The notes under the pieces were generated by a model. That model ran no database searches. It saw nothing but the letters and a program-made list of their open reading frames with translations, and was not told where the DNA came from. The translations under genes and the position numbers were made by a program. This document shows, piece by piece, positions 18,945-29,619 of a stretch of 64,000 bases of DNA (positions within the stretch are counted from its first letter, which is position 1; every line of letters begins with the position of its first letter). The stretch is from Prochlorococcus sp. AG-402-K10 (lineage in GTDB: Bacteria; Cyanobacteriota; Cyanobacteriia; PCC-6307; Cyanobiaceae): the NCBI GenBank assembly GCA_003216835.1, contig QCIF01000007.1, positions 5,385-69,384 of the forward strand, in the 5' to 3' direction.

Positions 18945-19988
18945 CTAAGTTAAGATCTCAGGCAGAAATTTATTATTTGTTGAGTTATCTTTTTGAACTA
19001 TTTTACCAATCTCCCAACTATCGATATCATGAGCTTCGCATATATTTAATATGGGATTTTTAAATTGTTTATCAATAATCAGACAAAAACCAACACCTAG
19101 ATTAAATGTGTTCCAAAAATCCTTTTCAGGAATCATACCAACTTCTTTTAGAAATTTAAATAAAATGGGAATATCCCAAGATTTAGTATCTATATAAGGC
19201 ATAAAATTCACAGGAATACACCTTGGAAGATTTTCTGGAATGCCTCCACCAGTGATATGAGACATTGCCTTAATTTCTATATTCTCGGATAAGATTTGAT
19301 GAATTACATTATTGTATATTTTTGTTGGTTTCAATAACTCATCATAAAAATTTAAGTTATTAACTTTTTCAAATTCTTTATCTATGAAATTTGTATTATC
19401 AATAATTTTTCTTACTAAACTGAATCCATTACTATGAATCCCATTACTTTTCAATGCAATTATCAAGTCATTATCAGATACTGTTTTACCATTAATCAGC
19501 TTATCTTCATCGACTATACCTACACAAAATCCTGCTAAATCATACTTATTCTTTGAATAAAATCCTGGCATTTCAGCAGTTTCGCCACCAAGTAAAGCGC
19601 AGTTGTTTTCTACACAACCATAAGAAATACCTTTAACAACCTCTAATAATTGTTTCTTATCAAGCTTACCTGTCGCAATATAATCAAGAAAAAATAAAGG
19701 TTTTGCACCACTAGTCACAATATCATTCATGCACATAGCAACCAAATCAATACCAACTTCAAAATGAAAGTTTTTATTCTGGGCTAATTCTAATTTTGTT
19801 CCAACGCCATCAGTACCAGAGACTAAAACAGGTTTTTTAAAACCATCTAGAGGAATTCTAAATAAACCTCCGAATCCTCCAATACCGTCAATCACATTAG
19901 AAGTATGAGTTCCTTCAACTGCCTGTTTAATTTCAGAAACAAATTCGCGCCCAGCTTCTATATCAACTCCCGAAGTTTTGTAATCCAT
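18945..19988 (-). CDS. purM: phosphoribosylformylglycinamidine cyclo-ligase (AIR synthetase)
   Basis: YKTSGVDI, GTDGVGTK, GGETAEMPG, HITGGG. Confidence 0.97.
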   Translation of the reverse strand: MDYKTSGVDIEAGREFVSEIKQAVEGTHTSNVIDGIGGFGGLFRIPLDGFKKPVLVSGTDGVGTKLELAQNKNFHFEVGIDLVAMCMNDIVTSGAKPLFFLDYIATGKLDKKQLLEVVKGISYGCVENNCALLGGETAEMPGFYSKNKYDLAGFCVGIVDEDKLINGKTVSDNDLIIALKSNGIHSNGFSLVRKIIDNTNFIDKEFEKVNNLNFYDELLKPTKIYNNVIHQILSENIEIKAMSHITGGGIPENLPRCIPVNFMPYIDTKSWDIPILFKFLKEVGMIPEKDFWNTFNLGVGFCLIIDKQFKNPILNICEAHDIDSWEIGKIVQKDNSTNNKFLPEILT

Positions 19989-20084
19989 AAAATAAAAATG
20001 ATAGACTTACTCTATATAGATATTCCTCCTAAGATTGCATTTGTCCAGTAATTATTTATTAAATAGATTTATTTTTAAAATAAC

Positions 20085-21623
20085 GTGAACAATATAATTT
20101 TAAAAAAAACTAAAGAACTTGATAATTGGAGACGAAATCTAAAAGGTGAAATTAACTTCATCCCAACTATGGGCAATCTGCATGATGGCCATAAAAAATT
20201 AATTTCGACAGCAAAGAACTCGAATTTTAATACTAATTTAGTCAGTATTTTTATTAATCCTCTTCAATTTGAAAACAAAGAAGATTTAGAGAATTATCCT
20301 AAGTCTATTCATAATGATATTCAAATTGCCTTTTCACATGGCGCAGATGCAATCTTCATCCCAAGTACTGTTGATATATATCCACCAAATGAAAAAAATA
20401 TAAATTATCTAAAAGCTTCTAAAGAATTGTCATCAGCTTTATGCGGATTAAAGAGAATTGGACATTTTGATGGGGTTTGCACTGTTGTTTATAGATTACT
20501 GAATCTCGTAAAGCCCAAAAATCTATATTTAGGAGAAAAAGATTGGCAACAATTATTAATTTTGAAGAACCTGATTTCAGAAAAGAAACTAAATATACAT
20601 ATTAAATCTATACCTACACAGAGAGATATAGATGGAATTCCTTTCAGTTCGCGAAATATTCTTTTATCAAAAAACGAAAGGAAATTGATGAGATTATTTT
20701 CAGACGAATTATTTCTTGCAAAAAACATTTTTAAGCAAGAAAAAAAGATTAATTTAAAAGATATCACGAAAAAACTCAAATCCAATAATATCTCAATTGA
20801 ATATTTAGAACATTTAAATCCTTATAACCTTCAAAAAGCTAACTTAAAAGATAATATTTCAATTCTTGCTGGTGCGATAATATGTGGGAAGACAAGGCTA
20901 ATTGATCACGTTTTTCTAATGAAAAGAAACCCGATAATTGCAATTGATGGTCCAGCTGGATCAGGAAAAAGTACAGTAACAAAGTTAATAGCAGAGAAAC
21001 TAAAGCTTTTATATTTAGATACTGGAGCAATGTATAGAGCTTTAAGTTGGTTTTTAATAAGAGAAAAGATTAATTATCATAAAAAAAATGAATTGAATAA
21101 ATTTCTTAAAAATATCTCTATTGTTTTTAAATCAAATGCAACCTTCACTCAAGATGTTTTTATTAATGACTATTGTGTGACTAAAGAAATTCGTTCACCA
21201 GAGATAAATTCAATAGTTTCTCAAATTTCTTCAATAAAAGAAATCAGACAATATCTAGTAGAAGAACAAAGGAAAATTGGAGAATCAGGTGGACTTGTAG
21301 CTGAAGGGAGAGACATCGGCAGCACTGTTTTCCCGGATGCTGAACTTAAAATATTTTTAACTGCAAGCATCGACGAAAGAGCAAAAAGAAGAAAAAATGA
21401 ATTAGAAAGTAAAGATTCAAAAGAAATAGATTTTAATCAATTAAAAGCACTTATCAAAAAAAGAGATTTCGAAGATTCTAATAGGGAAATTTCTCCCCTC
21501 ATAAAAGCAAATGACGCAATCGAACTGATAACTGATGGATATTCAATTAATGAAGTAGTTGATAAAATTGTAGATTTTTATAATGAAAAAATTCCCAAAG
21601 AAGTTCATAACCAATACAGTTAA
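20085..21623 (+). CDS. panC/cmk: bifunctional pantoate--beta-alanine ligase / cytidylate kinase
   Basis: PTMGNLHDGH, GHFDGV, GEKDWQQ, SSRN, followed by AIDGPAGSGKST, LDTGAMYR, EGRDIG; GTG start. Confidence 0.95.
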   Translation: MNNIILKKTKELDNWRRNLKGEINFIPTMGNLHDGHKKLISTAKNSNFNTNLVSIFINPLQFENKEDLENYPKSIHNDIQIAFSHGADAIFIPSTVDIYPPNEKNINYLKASKELSSALCGLKRIGHFDGVCTVVYRLLNLVKPKNLYLGEKDWQQLLILKNLISEKKLNIHIKSIPTQRDIDGIPFSSRNILLSKNERKLMRLFSDELFLAKNIFKQEKKINLKDITKKLKSNNISIEYLEHLNPYNLQKANLKDNISILAGAIICGKTRLIDHVFLMKRNPIIAIDGPAGSGKSTVTKLIAEKLKLLYLDTGAMYRALSWFLIREKINYHKKNELNKFLKNISIVFKSNATFTQDVFINDYCVTKEIRSPEINSIVSQISSIKEIRQYLVEEQRKIGESGGLVAEGRDIGSTVFPDAELKIFLTASIDERAKRRKNELESKDSKEIDFNQLKALIKKRDFEDSNREISPLIKANDAIELITDGYSINEVVDKIVDFYNEKIPKEVHNQYS

Positions 21624-22093
21624 GAAATGCTTTCTAAGAAGCCACTAACTGAGTCTTGTAAAATATCAAGGACATGATCAAATCCCTTATCTCCTCCATA
21701 ATATGGGTCCGGTACCTCTAAATCCTTAAAAACAGATCTAAAATCTTGTAATTTTTTAATGGATGCAAAATCAGAAGAAGAACTTCTATTCTTAAGATCA
21801 TTTATGTTTTCAAAATTTGAATTATCCATAGCAAGAATATAGTTAAATTTCTCAAAATCTTTAGTATTTATTTGTCGCGCTTTACTCAAGACATTTACCC
21901 CCCTTTTTTCTGCCAAAATTCTCATTCTGGCATCAGCCTTTTTCCCTATATGCCAACTACCAGTCCCAGCAGAATCTACAATAAAGTGATCAGTTAATCC
22001 TTTTTTTTTAATTAAATCTATAAAAATTGCTTCTGCAGCGGGAGACCTACAAATGTTTCCTAAACATACAAAAAGAACTGATATTTTTTTCAT
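21620..22093 (-). CDS. low molecular weight protein-tyrosine phosphatase
   Basis: VCLGNICRSP P-loop, DSAGT, DPYYG. Confidence 0.93.
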   Translation of the reverse strand: MKKISVLFVCLGNICRSPAAEAIFIDLIKKKGLTDHFIVDSAGTGSWHIGKKADARMRILAEKRGVNVLSKARQINTKDFEKFNYILAMDNSNFENINDLKNRSSSSDFASIKKLQDFRSVFKDLEVPDPYYGGDKGFDHVLDILQDSVSGFLESIS

Positions 22094-22125
22094 ACAATTT
22101 CAAGTTTTTTAAAATTATAAAACTT

Positions 22126-22887
22126 TTAAGTAGTAAATAAAACTTCTTGAATTAAAGATTCCGTAAATTCCTTACCAAATAAACTGGATAACATTGGCCT
22201 AGCCGGGTCTTTATCTCTCCTATATTTCAAATAATTATTTTGACCAATTATTAATTCTGTTTGCAGCTTTGAATCAACTTCATGACTTTCGAACAGAATT
22301 TCTAAATACAATTTTAAATATTCTATAAATGAATTATAAAGCTGATTAGCAATTAAATAGTCACTATTGTCTTCTTTTGGCAATTTTGACCAAATTAATC
22401 CAGGAGAAAAAAACCTTGCTACATCATCAGACATTTTTTCGGCTATTGGAAGTGATTCATGACAAAGCTTTTTAAGTTTTATAAGTTTTTCAATTAATTC
22501 ATTACTAAATTGATTCTCTACATTTAATGAAGGCTGAAAATCTAAAACTAATAAATGACTATTAGGTAAAGAAACAAAATCGACTCCAAAAAAAGGGACA
22601 TTATAAATAGTATTTGGAATAATTAAAAAATTTAAAACAGAGTAATTAGGACTATTAATACAAACAGCTCTTGCAAATTTAATTCTTTGATTATGTTTTG
22701 CACCCCAAGTAAAAAGATTCACATTTTTTTTTGATTTTCTTGAACCATAAGTTGACTCTTTGTATAAGTATTCAGAGGATATTTTTTTTTCCAAACAATT
22801 ATATTCGCTTAAATTAGAGATTAAATATTTTAAAAAATTATTCCATCTCCATTCTTTGCTATAAAAAATACTATCTTGTATTAGCAT
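22126..22887 (-). CDS. pebB: phycoerythrobilin:ferredoxin oxidoreductase
   Basis: Ferredoxin-dependent bilin reductase motifs [24 protein letters not shown]; second reductase after ho1. Confidence 0.88.
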   Translation of the reverse strand: MLIQDSIFYSKEWRWNNFLKYLISNLSEYNCLEKKISSEYLYKESTYGSRKSKKNVNLFTWGAKHNQRIKFARAVCINSPNYSVLNFLIIPNTIYNVPFFGVDFVSLPNSHLLVLDFQPSLNVENQFSNELIEKLIKLKKLCHESLPIAEKMSDDVARFFSPGLIWSKLPKEDNSDYLIANQLYNSFIEYLKLYLEILFESHEVDSKLQTELIIGQNNYLKYRRDKDPARPMLSSLFGKEFTESLIQEVLFTT

Positions 22888-23598
22888 TTAATTAATAGGT
22901 TCAGTATGTAATGAAAAAAGAAAATTATTAATAAAGTTTTTTGTCCATGTGTCTCCAAAAAAAGTTTTAAATAACTTGTCTGCAGGATCTTTTTCAACGC
23001 TGTACTTATCATATTGAATTTGATTACTTTGTATTTGTTCTGAATTTAAAAATTGATTAATCTTATTTAATTTATTAATTTTTAAATAATCACTAACAAA
23101 TAAATAAAATATATTATTTAAATCTCTATCAAGATTTAATTTATCTCCTCTACAAATTATTACCCATGGTGAGAAATATTTTTTAGAATCATAAATATTT
23201 TTCATTTTATTATTATCAAATGCAGAATATTTTTTTTTAATAGACTCTAAACTTGAGCAATATTTTTGGAGATATTCTCTATCTTGTATCAAAGGTTGAT
23301 AATCGAGTATTGCTAATAATTTCTGAGAAGTGCCAAACCATAAAATATCGGCTCCGAGGATAGGTAATTCACTATCAAAATTTGGATAAGCAACAGTATT
23401 AAAAACTTGCAGTTTTTCTCCGCCGTCTAATTTAGTAATTCGCCACTTTCTATATTGGGGAGATTCAAAAAGCCAGTTTTTGATAATATATTTCGAATCT
23501 TTATTATGATGTTCTTTAAATTCATTAGATATTTGTATTTCCTGAGCATCTAATGCATCTAGATTAGTTTTTAAGAAATTAACTAATGATTCAAACAT
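22888..23598 (-). CDS. pebA: 15,16-dihydrobiliverdin:ferredoxin oxidoreductase
   Basis: [32 protein letters not shown]; between ho1 and pebB. Confidence 0.88.
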   Translation of the reverse strand: MFESLVNFLKTNLDALDAQEIQISNEFKEHHNKDSKYIIKNWLFESPQYRKWRITKLDGGEKLQVFNTVAYPNFDSELPILGADILWFGTSQKLLAILDYQPLIQDREYLQKYCSSLESIKKKYSAFDNNKMKNIYDSKKYFSPWVIICRGDKLNLDRDLNNIFYLFVSDYLKINKLNKINQFLNSEQIQSNQIQYDKYSVEKDPADKLFKTFFGDTWTKNFINNFLFSLHTEPIN

Positions 23599-23603
23599 AA
23601 ATA

Positions 23604-24314
23604 CTAGATCTCAGTACTTCCTTTTCTAACTTTTTTAGTAATGTAATTAAATACAATTTTGCCTAAAACAGCAATCAAGTTTCCCTCAAGCTCCTTAAAC
23701 ATTTTCATATTATAAGTAAAAGCTTGATTAGCTTCATTAATAATTTTGTCTGCAGTTATTTGATTTATAGGGAGCCGGTTCAAGGTTAGAGAATATTCTT
23801 CCTTAAATTTCTTTTCATCATCAATTAATTCAAATTCATAAAAATTTAAACCATTATTTCCTTTCAAATTTAAAGCCTTTTTTGCAATTTTTTTTAAAAT
23901 CTGCCCCCCAGATAAATCTCCTATATAGCGGGTATAGTGATGCCCAACTAAAAGCTCTGGTGCATTTTTTGCTACCTCACGAATTCTACTAACGTATTCT
24001 TTTGCGGATTGAGAAATATTAATTTCATTCTTCCAGTTATCCCCAAAATAAAATTGGAGATCATTCGCAAGTGTTTCTTTTCTAAATAATGATTTGAAAC
24101 CAATAGGTTTTATTACAGGATGTTCTTCAAGGACCAACCTTTCTATTTCTTCTTCCATAGCTTCATAAACAAAATATAAATCGCTAATTAATTTTCTATA
24201 TGATTTTTTTTCAACAACTCCCTTTAAAAAACAAGCCACAAAGCCAGTATTTTCTGCCATAGTATGGGATTTCTTTGTCCCTTCTCTTAATTGTCCTGCA
24301 AGAGCAACTGCCAT
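23604..24314 (-). CDS. ho1: heme oxygenase (biliverdin IX-alpha producing)
   Basis: [34 protein letters not shown]. Confidence 0.96.
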   Translation of the reverse strand: MAVALAGQLREGTKKSHTMAENTGFVACFLKGVVEKKSYRKLISDLYFVYEAMEEEIERLVLEEHPVIKPIGFKSLFRKETLANDLQFYFGDNWKNEINISQSAKEYVSRIREVAKNAPELLVGHHYTRYIGDLSGGQILKKIAKKALNLKGNNGLNFYEFELIDDEKKFKEEYSLTLNRLPINQITADKIINEANQAFTYNMKMFKELEGNLIAVLGKIVFNYITKKVRKGSTEI

Positions 24315-24371
24315 TTATCTTTAATTAAGTTTGTATGTATATTTAATTTACAAGGAAAATACATAAAACAG

Positions 24372-24803
24372 CTAATTTTTGTTACCAGCGGATGTTGTAG
24401 AGAATAAATTATAAAGTTCTTTACAAACCAGAAAAAGATTATCTTTTTGTTCCTTTTGCGGTAAATGTGTACCTGTCATTTCCCATTCACCAATAGTAGC
24501 AACTCTCCATCTTTCAGAGGGAATAATCATGCCACGCATTATTATGCCTAACAATTTAGGTACTCTATTATCATTTGAATTTTCAATTCTCAATTGTAAG
24601 AGTATTGCTCTACATTCCATAAGGGGACTCCAACCTGGAAAATGAAAGGCAAAATCAAGAGTATCTAACTTTGCTTCATCATTTGAATTGTCCCAAGGAC
24701 TAAAATTTACACTCGCATCTGGAAAATATTTACGAAACAATGCAGCAGTAGAGGCAACCTTATTAGCTATTTCAACATTACTAACATTTGAACTTGCATT
24801 CAT
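24372..24803 (-). CDS. conserved hypothetical protein
   Basis: MNAS...IANKVA...FHFPGWS...ILLQLR. The second in-frame ATG (24803) is preferred over the track start 24836. Confidence 0.75.
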   Translation of the reverse strand: MNASSNVSNVEIANKVASTAALFRKYFPDASVNFSPWDNSNDEAKLDTLDFAFHFPGWSPLMECRAILLQLRIENSNDNRVPKLLGIIMRGMIIPSERWRVATIGEWEMTGTHLPQKEQKDNLFLVCKELYNLFSTTSAGNKN

Positions 24804-25020
24804 AAAATAGCCATGTAATTTTTTGAAAAATGACATAATTTCTTTTGGCTTGCATATTAAATTTCTTTTCTTTTAACAAAAATGTTGAAATGCTGATCAA
24901 CTCACTATTCTCTATTCACATTTAAATAATAAATTTCTAGCTTTAAAATAAAATCTCTTGTTTCAATTTAAAATATAAAAAACTTTAATTAGTTATCTTT
25001 TTATTATTTAATATAATACT

Positions 25021-26451
25021 ATGCCTAAATTTGAAAAATTAAATTTACCTACCGAAGGAGAGTTAATAACTTTTAATGATGGCAAACCAAATGTTCCTAA
25101 TAATCCAATAGTCCCATATATAAGAGGTGATGGAACTGGAGTTGATATATGGCCAGCGACTCAAATTGTTCTAGATGGAGCAATTAAAAAAAGCTATGGA
25201 GACGAAAGAAAAATTAATTGGTTTAAAGTCTATGCAGGAGATGAAGCTTGTGAGATTTATGGAACATATAACTATTTACCTCAAGATACTATTGAAGCAA
25301 TTAGACACTTTGGGGTGGCAATCAAAGGTCCTTTAACAACTCCAGTGGGAGGAGGTATTAGATCTTTAAATGTTGCATTAAGACAAATTTTTGACTTATA
25401 TAGCTGTGTTAGACCATGCAGATATTACTCAGGCACACCCAGTCCTCATAAAACCCCTCAAGACTTAGATGTAATAGTTTATAGAGAGAATACAGAAGAC
25501 ATATACATGGGTATTGAATGGGAAGCTGCAGATAAAAATTGCCTTGATTTAATTAATCACCTGAATAATGTTCTGATACCAAATAGTAAGAATTTAAAAC
25601 AAAGATCTATACCAAAGGGTTCAGGAATTGGAATAAAACCAGTAAGCAAATTAGGTAGCCAAAGGCATATTAGAAAGGCTATTGAGCACGCAAAAAGATT
25701 ATCAGGAGATAAAAGACATGTAACTCTTGTACATAAAGGTAATATCATGAAATATACAGAAGGTGCCTTTAGAGATTGGGGTTATGAATTAGCAATCAAT
25801 GAATTTAGAAAAGACTGCATAACAGAAAGAGAAAGTTGGATTTTAGATAATATTCAGAAAAATCCGGAAATTACAATTGAAAATAACGCTAGGATGATTG
25901 AGCCTGGTTATGACAAGCTTACAAGTAATAAAAGAGCATTTATTTGTGAAGAAATTTCAGAAGTAATTGCATCAATATCAAATTCCCATGGTGGTGGTAA
26001 ATGGAAAGAACTAGTTTTAGTTGATGATCGTATAGCTGATAGTATATTCCAACAAATTCAAACACGACCTCAAGAATATTCAATTCTTGCAACGTTAAAC
26101 CTTAATGGAGACTATATTTCTGATGCGGCGGCAGCAATAGTAGGTGGACTAGGGATGGCGCCGGGTGCAAATATTGGTGACAATGCAGCAATTTTTGAAG
26201 CGACTCACGGAACTGCACCGAAGCATGCCGGCTTAAACAAAATTAATCCAGGATCAGTAATTCTTAGTGGAGTAATGATGCTCGAATATTTTGGTTGGTA
26301 TGAAGCAGCTAATTTAATTACTAATGGCATAAGTAAGGCCATAGAACAAAAAAAAGTGACCTATGATCTAGCACGTTTAATGGAACCACAGGTAGAGCCA
26401 TTATCCTGCAGCAGATTCGCTGAAGCAATTATTTCAAATTTCTCATTTTAA
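25021..26451 (+). CDS. icd: NADP-dependent isocitrate dehydrogenase
   Basis: GDGTGVDI, IKGPLTTP, SLNVALRQ, VHKGNIMKYTEG, NLNGDYISD, FEATHGTAPK. Confidence 0.97.
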   Translation: MPKFEKLNLPTEGELITFNDGKPNVPNNPIVPYIRGDGTGVDIWPATQIVLDGAIKKSYGDERKINWFKVYAGDEACEIYGTYNYLPQDTIEAIRHFGVAIKGPLTTPVGGGIRSLNVALRQIFDLYSCVRPCRYYSGTPSPHKTPQDLDVIVYRENTEDIYMGIEWEAADKNCLDLINHLNNVLIPNSKNLKQRSIPKGSGIGIKPVSKLGSQRHIRKAIEHAKRLSGDKRHVTLVHKGNIMKYTEGAFRDWGYELAINEFRKDCITERESWILDNIQKNPEITIENNARMIEPGYDKLTSNKRAFICEEISEVIASISNSHGGGKWKELVLVDDRIADSIFQQIQTRPQEYSILATLNLNGDYISDAAAAIVGGLGMAPGANIGDNAAIFEATHGTAPKHAGLNKINPGSVILSGVMMLEYFGWYEAANLITNGISKAIEQKKVTYDLARLMEPQVEPLSCSRFAEAIISNFSF

Positions 26452-27800
26452 CAGTTATTCTTATTTTCTAAGATACTCCAGACTTTAAGCAATGAATCTT
26501 GAGTGCCAATGTTTCCAGGGAATGTGACAATAGGAAGCTTTTCATCATTTTTAAGTTTGTAAGTAACTAATGAAATACCGGTTATTATTTGACCCTCTAA
26601 GTAAACATAATCGGCTTTAAGTCCATTACTAAGAATCATATTAGTTGTTATTCCTCCTTTGGATATCAAATAACCTATTTCATTTTTCAATTCTGCAACC
26701 AAATTCGCAATAAAAAGAGCTAGAGAATTATAAAAATTGAATTGTTCAGAATAATCTAGAGACATAAGTTTTCTTGAAGTAAATAATACCGGTGTTTTTC
26801 CTTTCTTAAAAGTAGATCTAATCTCTAACAAAAATGTTTTTTTAAACAAATTAAGTTTATCCTGATTATTTTCTAATGAAATAATTCTAAAAAATTCAAA
26901 AACATCAAGTTCAATTGGTTCACAATTACTTATCTTTAATAGATGTTGAAGTTGTAATGTTGATAGTTCTACGAAAGAGCCCACGACTACAAATCCTGGA
27001 AGAAATTTATTCTCGTCATTTTGTCTTCTAAAATTAGAGAAAAATATATCTTTCTCAGGATTACTTTTTATATCCGTAATTGAACTTATAAAACTTGCTG
27101 CAGTTCTAAAAAGAAATCTTTTTTGTTTACTTAATTTATTAATTACTAAAGAAAACTTATTAAGTTGAGAATAATTCTCTATATCTAAAATTACATGAAT
27201 ATTGTTTTTTAAATTCTTGATTTTTTGAAAAATAATGTTCTTTTCGTCTATCTCAAGAATTTCAAAATCTGACAATTTTATATTTTGAATATCATCCAAA
27301 TTGATTTTAGATTTACTCTGCTGAAATAAAAGATTCTTAATATTACTTGTCTTATAACCAAAGATTTTATCTTCTGCAAAAATTGTTTGATCGACAGGAA
27401 TTTGATCTACAAAATGATAACCATTAACTGTAAATCTTTTTCCCTCAATAAAAGCTGGAATATGAAACGTAGCATCGAACGGCCCCAAACAATTATTGAT
27501 AGTATTAGGCTCTAAAAAGTTATGTCCTCGCAGAGTAGAATCTCCTCTACTAACAAATATAATTTCTTCTTTTTTAAAAGATTCATAAGCAATAACTTCT
27601 TTAAGGTTATTACAAATTTCTTGTATTCTTAATGTCGCATCATTTTCTGATAATGACCTTGTATTAGCTAAAATAAAAAACAAATTGGATTCACCTTTAA
27701 ACCCCTTAACTAAGGTTGAATAGTCCCATTTAAGTAGTAATAAACAATTATTTACAGTTTGAGAACCTGTTGGATCATCATCAATAACTACAACTTTCAT
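26448..27800 (-). CDS. four-carbon acid sugar kinase family protein (DUF1537/OtnK-like)
   Basis: VIDDDPTG, RGDSTLRGH, VVVGS, SKGGITT, FPGNIG. Confidence 0.85.
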   Translation of the reverse strand: MKVVVIDDDPTGSQTVNNCLLLLKWDYSTLVKGFKGESNLFFILANTRSLSENDATLRIQEICNNLKEVIAYESFKKEEIIFVSRGDSTLRGHNFLEPNTINNCLGPFDATFHIPAFIEGKRFTVNGYHFVDQIPVDQTIFAEDKIFGYKTSNIKNLLFQQSKSKINLDDIQNIKLSDFEILEIDEKNIIFQKIKNLKNNIHVILDIENYSQLNKFSLVINKLSKQKRFLFRTAASFISSITDIKSNPEKDIFFSNFRRQNDENKFLPGFVVVGSFVELSTLQLQHLLKISNCEPIELDVFEFFRIISLENNQDKLNLFKKTFLLEIRSTFKKGKTPVLFTSRKLMSLDYSEQFNFYNSLALFIANLVAELKNEIGYLISKGGITTNMILSNGLKADYVYLEGQIITGISLVTYKLKNDEKLPIVTFPGNIGTQDSLLKVWSILENKNNC

Positions 27801-27813
27801 AAGTAAATTAAAA

Positions 27814-28668
27814 TCATTTTAAACAATTTATTTGTATTGAAGAATCAAACCTTTGAATGGCATTTGGAGGAATTACAATTTTTCTTAATCCATCAACTAA
27901 AGAATTTCTAGGACTAGACCATGGTTCAAGACATATCATTTGTCTCGGTGGATTACTCCAAATAACACCCAGATCAAAAGGGTATGGGTGATTTAAAGTG
28001 ACTTGCCTTTTGAAGATATTATCTCTAAAAGAGCTTTTACCTGAAGAATACATAAGTAAATCAATGCCATTATGGATATTTTTTAAGTCTTCAAAAGTTT
28101 TAATCAGAATATTTCTTTTCTGATCCTGACAATTTAAAGGGTAATCAAGAAATTCTAAATTTTTAAAATCCGAAATATTAAAATAAGGATGCAATCCAAA
28201 ATTGATTGGCATTTCAGTATTTGTTTTGTTTTGGATATGAATTTTAAATTCTAAACAATTAATTTTTAACGTAACTTCAATTTTGACCTCGAAATCAAAA
28301 GGATAATATTTTCTTGTTATTTCAGAATCCTGCAAAACTAAAAACAATGAGTTTTCTTTTTGATTTAAAGAATATTGCCATGGCAAATCTCGAGCAAAAC
28401 CATGTTGAGGCAATTGCACATGATTTTTTCCAAATAATGAATTAGATATGTTTAGATTTCCACAAATCGGGAAAAGAATTGGAATACCTCCCCTAATACT
28501 TTTTGTCCTATCCATAAATCTTTTTTCATCGAAATAGAGTATTTCATTATTTTCCGAGACCCAATTTGTAATAACTCCGCCTCTTTCAGGGCAAAACTTA
28601 ATGTAGTTATTTTGATCTAATTGAAAAATGTATATACCTTGTTTCTTATTAACTAATTTTATTTGCAC
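27814..28668 (-). CDS. aldose 1-epimerase / galactose mutarotase family protein
   Basis: RGGIPILFP, HGFAR, GLHPYF, CLEPW. Confidence 0.88.
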   Translation of the reverse strand: MQIKLVNKKQGIYIFQLDQNNYIKFCPERGGVITNWVSENNEILYFDEKRFMDRTKSIRGGIPILFPICGNLNISNSLFGKNHVQLPQHGFARDLPWQYSLNQKENSLFLVLQDSEITRKYYPFDFEVKIEVTLKINCLEFKIHIQNKTNTEMPINFGLHPYFNISDFKNLEFLDYPLNCQDQKRNILIKTFEDLKNIHNGIDLLMYSSGKSSFRDNIFKRQVTLNHPYPFDLGVIWSNPPRQMICLEPWSSPRNSLVDGLRKIVIPPNAIQRFDSSIQINCLK

Positions 28669-28677
28669 AACAACTAT

Positions 28678-29577
28678 TTAAATAGAATCAACCCAATCCA
28701 ATATATGCTGATTCACTATTTCTGGTATTTCATCATGGGGACAATGTCCAGCATCTAAAATTATTTCTTTTGTATTTTTTGGAGTAAATTTTTGATATAA
28801 ATTTCTCTTCTTAGGGGTATTCATCCATGGATCTTTTCCTCCCCAAAGCAATAATAAAGGAGAATCAAGTTTTTCAAATAACTTATCTAAAGGCAACCCT
28901 TGAGGACCTGATGGGTTAAATACACTTCTAAAAACATTAAAAGCTCCATAGTCTAAAGATGGCTTTCTTATAGATTCAACTAAAAAATCATCGACATTTC
29001 TTTTATTCACATAAACTTGATTCAAGGTTTTTTTTATATTTTTTGCATTTCTCATGTTATCAAATATTAAACGTTGAAGAACAATATTTTTAAGGAATAT
29101 TCCTGCTACTGTTTCAATTGAAGTCTGCAACATATTTTTCTTCTTTGTTTTTTCTTCACTAAAATATCCAGCAGCATTTAACAAAATCACCCCTGCAGTG
29201 AGTTCATCTAATTCTGCTCCAGCTGCCAAGGCCGCATAACCACCTAAAGAATTACCAACAATAATTGTGGGTTTCTTTATTTTTTCTTTTACATAAGATA
29301 TAACCTGATCTTTCCATAGTGATCCTGAATATTCGACATCTTTAGGTTTTGGACTTTTTCCAAAACCTAAAAGATCCATTGCATGAACTTCGTATTTTTC
29401 ACTCAATACAGGTATGTTGAATCGCCAATGATCTGTAGAAGCGCCAAAACCATGAATTAATAAAATTGCACAATCTTTTGAAATTATCTCAGGCTTCGCA
29501 CAAATAGTATGTATTGGATAATTTAAAAAATTCCAAGAATAATTAACTTCATCGCTTATTAATACTGATTTTTCCAT
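28678..29577 (-). CDS. alpha/beta hydrolase
   Basis: HGFGAS, DLLGFG, nucleophile GNSLGG, WGGKDPW, AGHCPHDE. Confidence 0.92.
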   Translation of the reverse strand: MEKSVLISDEVNYSWNFLNYPIHTICAKPEIISKDCAILLIHGFGASTDHWRFNIPVLSEKYEVHAMDLLGFGKSPKPKDVEYSGSLWKDQVISYVKEKIKKPTIIVGNSLGGYAALAAGAELDELTAGVILLNAAGYFSEEKTKKKNMLQTSIETVAGIFLKNIVLQRLIFDNMRNAKNIKKTLNQVYVNKRNVDDFLVESIRKPSLDYGAFNVFRSVFNPSGPQGLPLDKLFEKLDSPLLLLWGGKDPWMNTPKKRNLYQKFTPKNTKEIILDAGHCPHDEIPEIVNQHILDWVDSI

Positions 29578-29619
29578 TTATCAAATTAATATGTTTGATA
29601 ATTCTAATAAAATTATTTC

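Noticed and set aside
20085-21623. panC-cmk fusion as a novelty
   Set aside because: This fusion is a known, widespread feature of cyanobacteria
24837-25020. NtcA box upstream of icd
   Set aside because: No GTA-N8-TAC match was found by eye
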